64,000 nucleotides of DNA from a virus, in IMG/VR virus record IMGVR_UViG_3300040786_000030, positions 120,281-184,280 of that record, one strand, 5' to 3'. The translations under genes and the position numbers were made by a program. The number at the start of each line of letters is the position of its first letter. Positions within the stretch are counted from its first letter, which is position 1. Shown piece after piece: positions 61,728-64,000 of this stretch. Below the pieces are notes generated by a model. That model saw only the letters and a program-made list of their open reading frames with translations, searched no databases and was not told where the DNA came from.

Positions 61728-62392
61728 ATGAAAAATAAAATACAATCAATATTAAGAGAATCATTAAATAAAACAATTATTGAAAATTTAATAGATGAGG
61801 ATTACCCAATAAATTTTAATATGGATGAATTTAAGGGTTTAATAACATTTAAAGATAGAATAACATATTGTGATAATAATTTAAAGAAAATATCTTCTGG
61901 TAGCGGTAGAATTGTTTATATGATTGATGATATAAAAGTATTAAAATTATCTAAAAAATAGTAAAGGTTGCTCAAACTAAAACTGAATCAGAATGGGGTC
62001 AAGATAGTTATTTTTCAAATATATTAGCACACACATTTGATTTTCACCCAGAATATTTATGGATTGAAATGGAGTTAGCTAGAAAGGTTACAAGACGTAA
62101 TTTTATAGAAATTGCTGAGTGTAGTATTGACAATATGTCTTATTATTTAAGAAATGACTATTCAGAAAGAAACGGTCAAAACCTTTATTTGGTTTAGATA
62201 AAGATATCAAAGCTGAATTAGACGAAACCATTTTGTTAGTTTAGTAAAAGATTTTATGGGAAATACACAATCTGATGTTGGTGATTTTGGTAGATTAAAT
62301 AGTTACGGTCTTGTAAATAGAAATGGTGTTGACGATATTGTAATTATTGATTTTGGGTTAACTAATGATATATATGATACCTATTATAGTTA
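61728..62392 (+). CDS. protein-kinase-like fold protein (frameshifted)
   Basis: ISSGSGRIVY..KVLK, WIEMELA, GDFGRLNSYG, IVIIDFGL. Confidence 0.6.
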
Positions 62393-62825
62393 ACGAATAA
62401 AGAATTCATTTATTTGATGTAATACGTTTAATTCTTGATAAGGTTGGTCTGTTTTAATATTAGTAACTTCTTTATATAAAAGTTCTAAAGAATCAGGGCT
62501 TTTAACTATATAATCATTTGCTCCACCCACTATATACTCAAAACCACCTTAATATCTTTTGGTTTGATAACACTATAATTGGTGTTGAAATATCTGTTTC
62601 TCTAATTTCTTTCAAAACGTCTAAACCAGTTAACCCATTTAAATCATTTAAAGTATGGTCCAATACTAGTAAGTCTAATATTGTGTCTTTATCGTTAAAA
62701 TATTCTTCACGTGAGGTATATTTCAATATCTCTACATCTTTATCTTTCTTTAGTATATAACTAATCATAGCTGAATATAGTTTACAATCATCAATTATCC
62801 CAACTAAAATTTCGTATTATTCATT
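62388..62825 (-). CDS. stand-alone response regulator receiver domain (frameshifted)
   Basis: GIIDD, LLVLD, GLTGLDVLKEIRE, PIIVLS, GANDYIVK. Confidence 0.8.
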
Positions 62826-62921
62826 GTTACAAGTTATTAGGTATAACTATAAATACCTTAAAAAATATAAAATGATAAAATATAGTTAAAATTAATATTA
62901 TAACAATAAAAAATAGTATAT

Positions 62922-63865
62922 TTGCACATGAAAAATAATATAAAAGAGACATTAATAGATAATACCGTTAAAAATTCAATGGGTATTAATATTACAAAAC
63001 CAAATTCAGAATTGATAATTTGTCGTGGAATCCCAGGCTCTGGTAAATCTACAAAAGCAAAATCTTTGGTTAAAAATGGTCGAATACATTCGACTGATGA
63101 CGTAATAGAGGCCAGTGGTGATTACAAATTGTTTTTTGAGACTATGATAGCATCAGAAGATTTTAGGGGTTTAAATAGAGCGCATTCAACGAACTTAAAA
63201 AACGCTATAGAATCAATGATTAATGATGTATCACCTATTATTATAGATAATACAAATATTAAAGCCAATGAATCTAAAGCATATGTTGTTAAGGCGCTAG
63301 AGTTAGGTTATAAAGATAGTAATATTTCTGTTGTAGATATTGGTACTGGTGGTTTAACAGCTAAAGAATTATCTGAAAGGAATACACATGGTGTTCCATT
63401 TGATAAAATAGAAAAGATGATTCAAGTATATAATTCAGTTGGTGAGTTGACAATTAAAAGATATTAGATTCAGCTGATATGTACAAAAAGTCAGATATTC
63501 TATATTCTGCGGTTGTGTTAAGCCAAGCGACTAAAAATAAATTATTAGAGGTTGTTGGTGATAGAATACCAGAGGGTTGGAAAATAATTGCACACCATAT
63601 GACAATTTCGTTTGGTAAAGGTGTTAAAAACAAAGAAGATTTGGGTAAATCAGTTAATTTAACTGTAACCGATTTAGGTTTAAGTGATATGGCTATGGCT
63701 GTAAAGTTAATGGTTATGATAGTTCTAATGATATAGCACACATAACTATCGCTATAAATCCAAATGGTGGTAAACCAGTTATGTCAAACCAAATAACCAA
63801 ATGGCAAAATATTAAACCATTTATTGTAGTTGGTATTGTAACTGATATAAAAAAGGTGCTATATA
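62922..63865 (+). CDS. polynucleotide-kinase-like P-loop protein, probably fused to a 2H phosphoesterase (frameshifted)
   Basis: ICRGIPGSGKST, IIIDNTN, RNTHGVP; then HHMTI and HITI 2H motifs. Confidence 0.75.
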
Positions 63866-64000
63866 GCACCTTTTATTTGTTTAATTAGGTTAAATATTAA
63901 TATCTTAAAATATAAGATTAAAGGAATGTTAAATAAAAATATTTTTAAATGGAAAAAACGAATTAGCTAATTATGTTCTTAATGAACTTAACATAACAGA

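Noticed and set aside
1-64000. Pervasive frameshifts as mass pseudogenisation or programmed frameshifting
   Set aside because: They fall almost entirely in homopolymer or dinucleotide runs and hit essential genes, which is typical of uncorrected long-read error.
1-64000. Genome-wide TAG (or TGA) reassignment
   Set aside because: Long ORFs lack in-frame TAG, breaks are frame changes rather than in-frame stops, and TAG ends conserved genes such as clpP.

Overview
A very AT-rich 64-kb segment of a large (jumbo-type) tailed phage. The host is most likely Bacteroidota, because TAnnTTTG -7 promoter boxes recur before many genes. Most genes are broken by single-base homopolymer indels, which look like long-read errors rather than true pseudogenes, so many coordinates join several ORF-track fragments. 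Layout: virion, baseplate and tail-fibre genes (0.2-16 kb); replication and recombination genes (RuvC-like, primase, exonuclease, SbcCD-like, sigma factor; 16-26 kb) with an inverted HNH cassette; lysis and unknown genes (26-36 kb); then a large translation and RNA-maintenance region (37-64 kb). That region holds RNase HII, a TROVE/vWA-like protein, DnaJ, ClpP, tmRNA, an RF1-like release factor, a Pth2-like hydrolase, a CCA-adding-like enzyme, a kinase-2H phosphoesterase and about 20 tRNA or tRNA-like genes. Three candidates for an undescribed system stand out. (1) An amber (UAG)-centred module at 47.5-50.8 kb: an RF1-like gene with an RF2-style CTT-TAG-C shifty stop, a CUA-anticodon tRNA, a Pth2-like gene with TAG as codon 3, and an M-K-amber-IRKPP mini-ORF. 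(2) A leader-peptide attenuator whose codons match the anticodons of the tRNA array it precedes. (3) A four-copy structured ncRNA family linked to a Ro60-like gene. All protein identifications come from motifs read by eye; no database searches were run.
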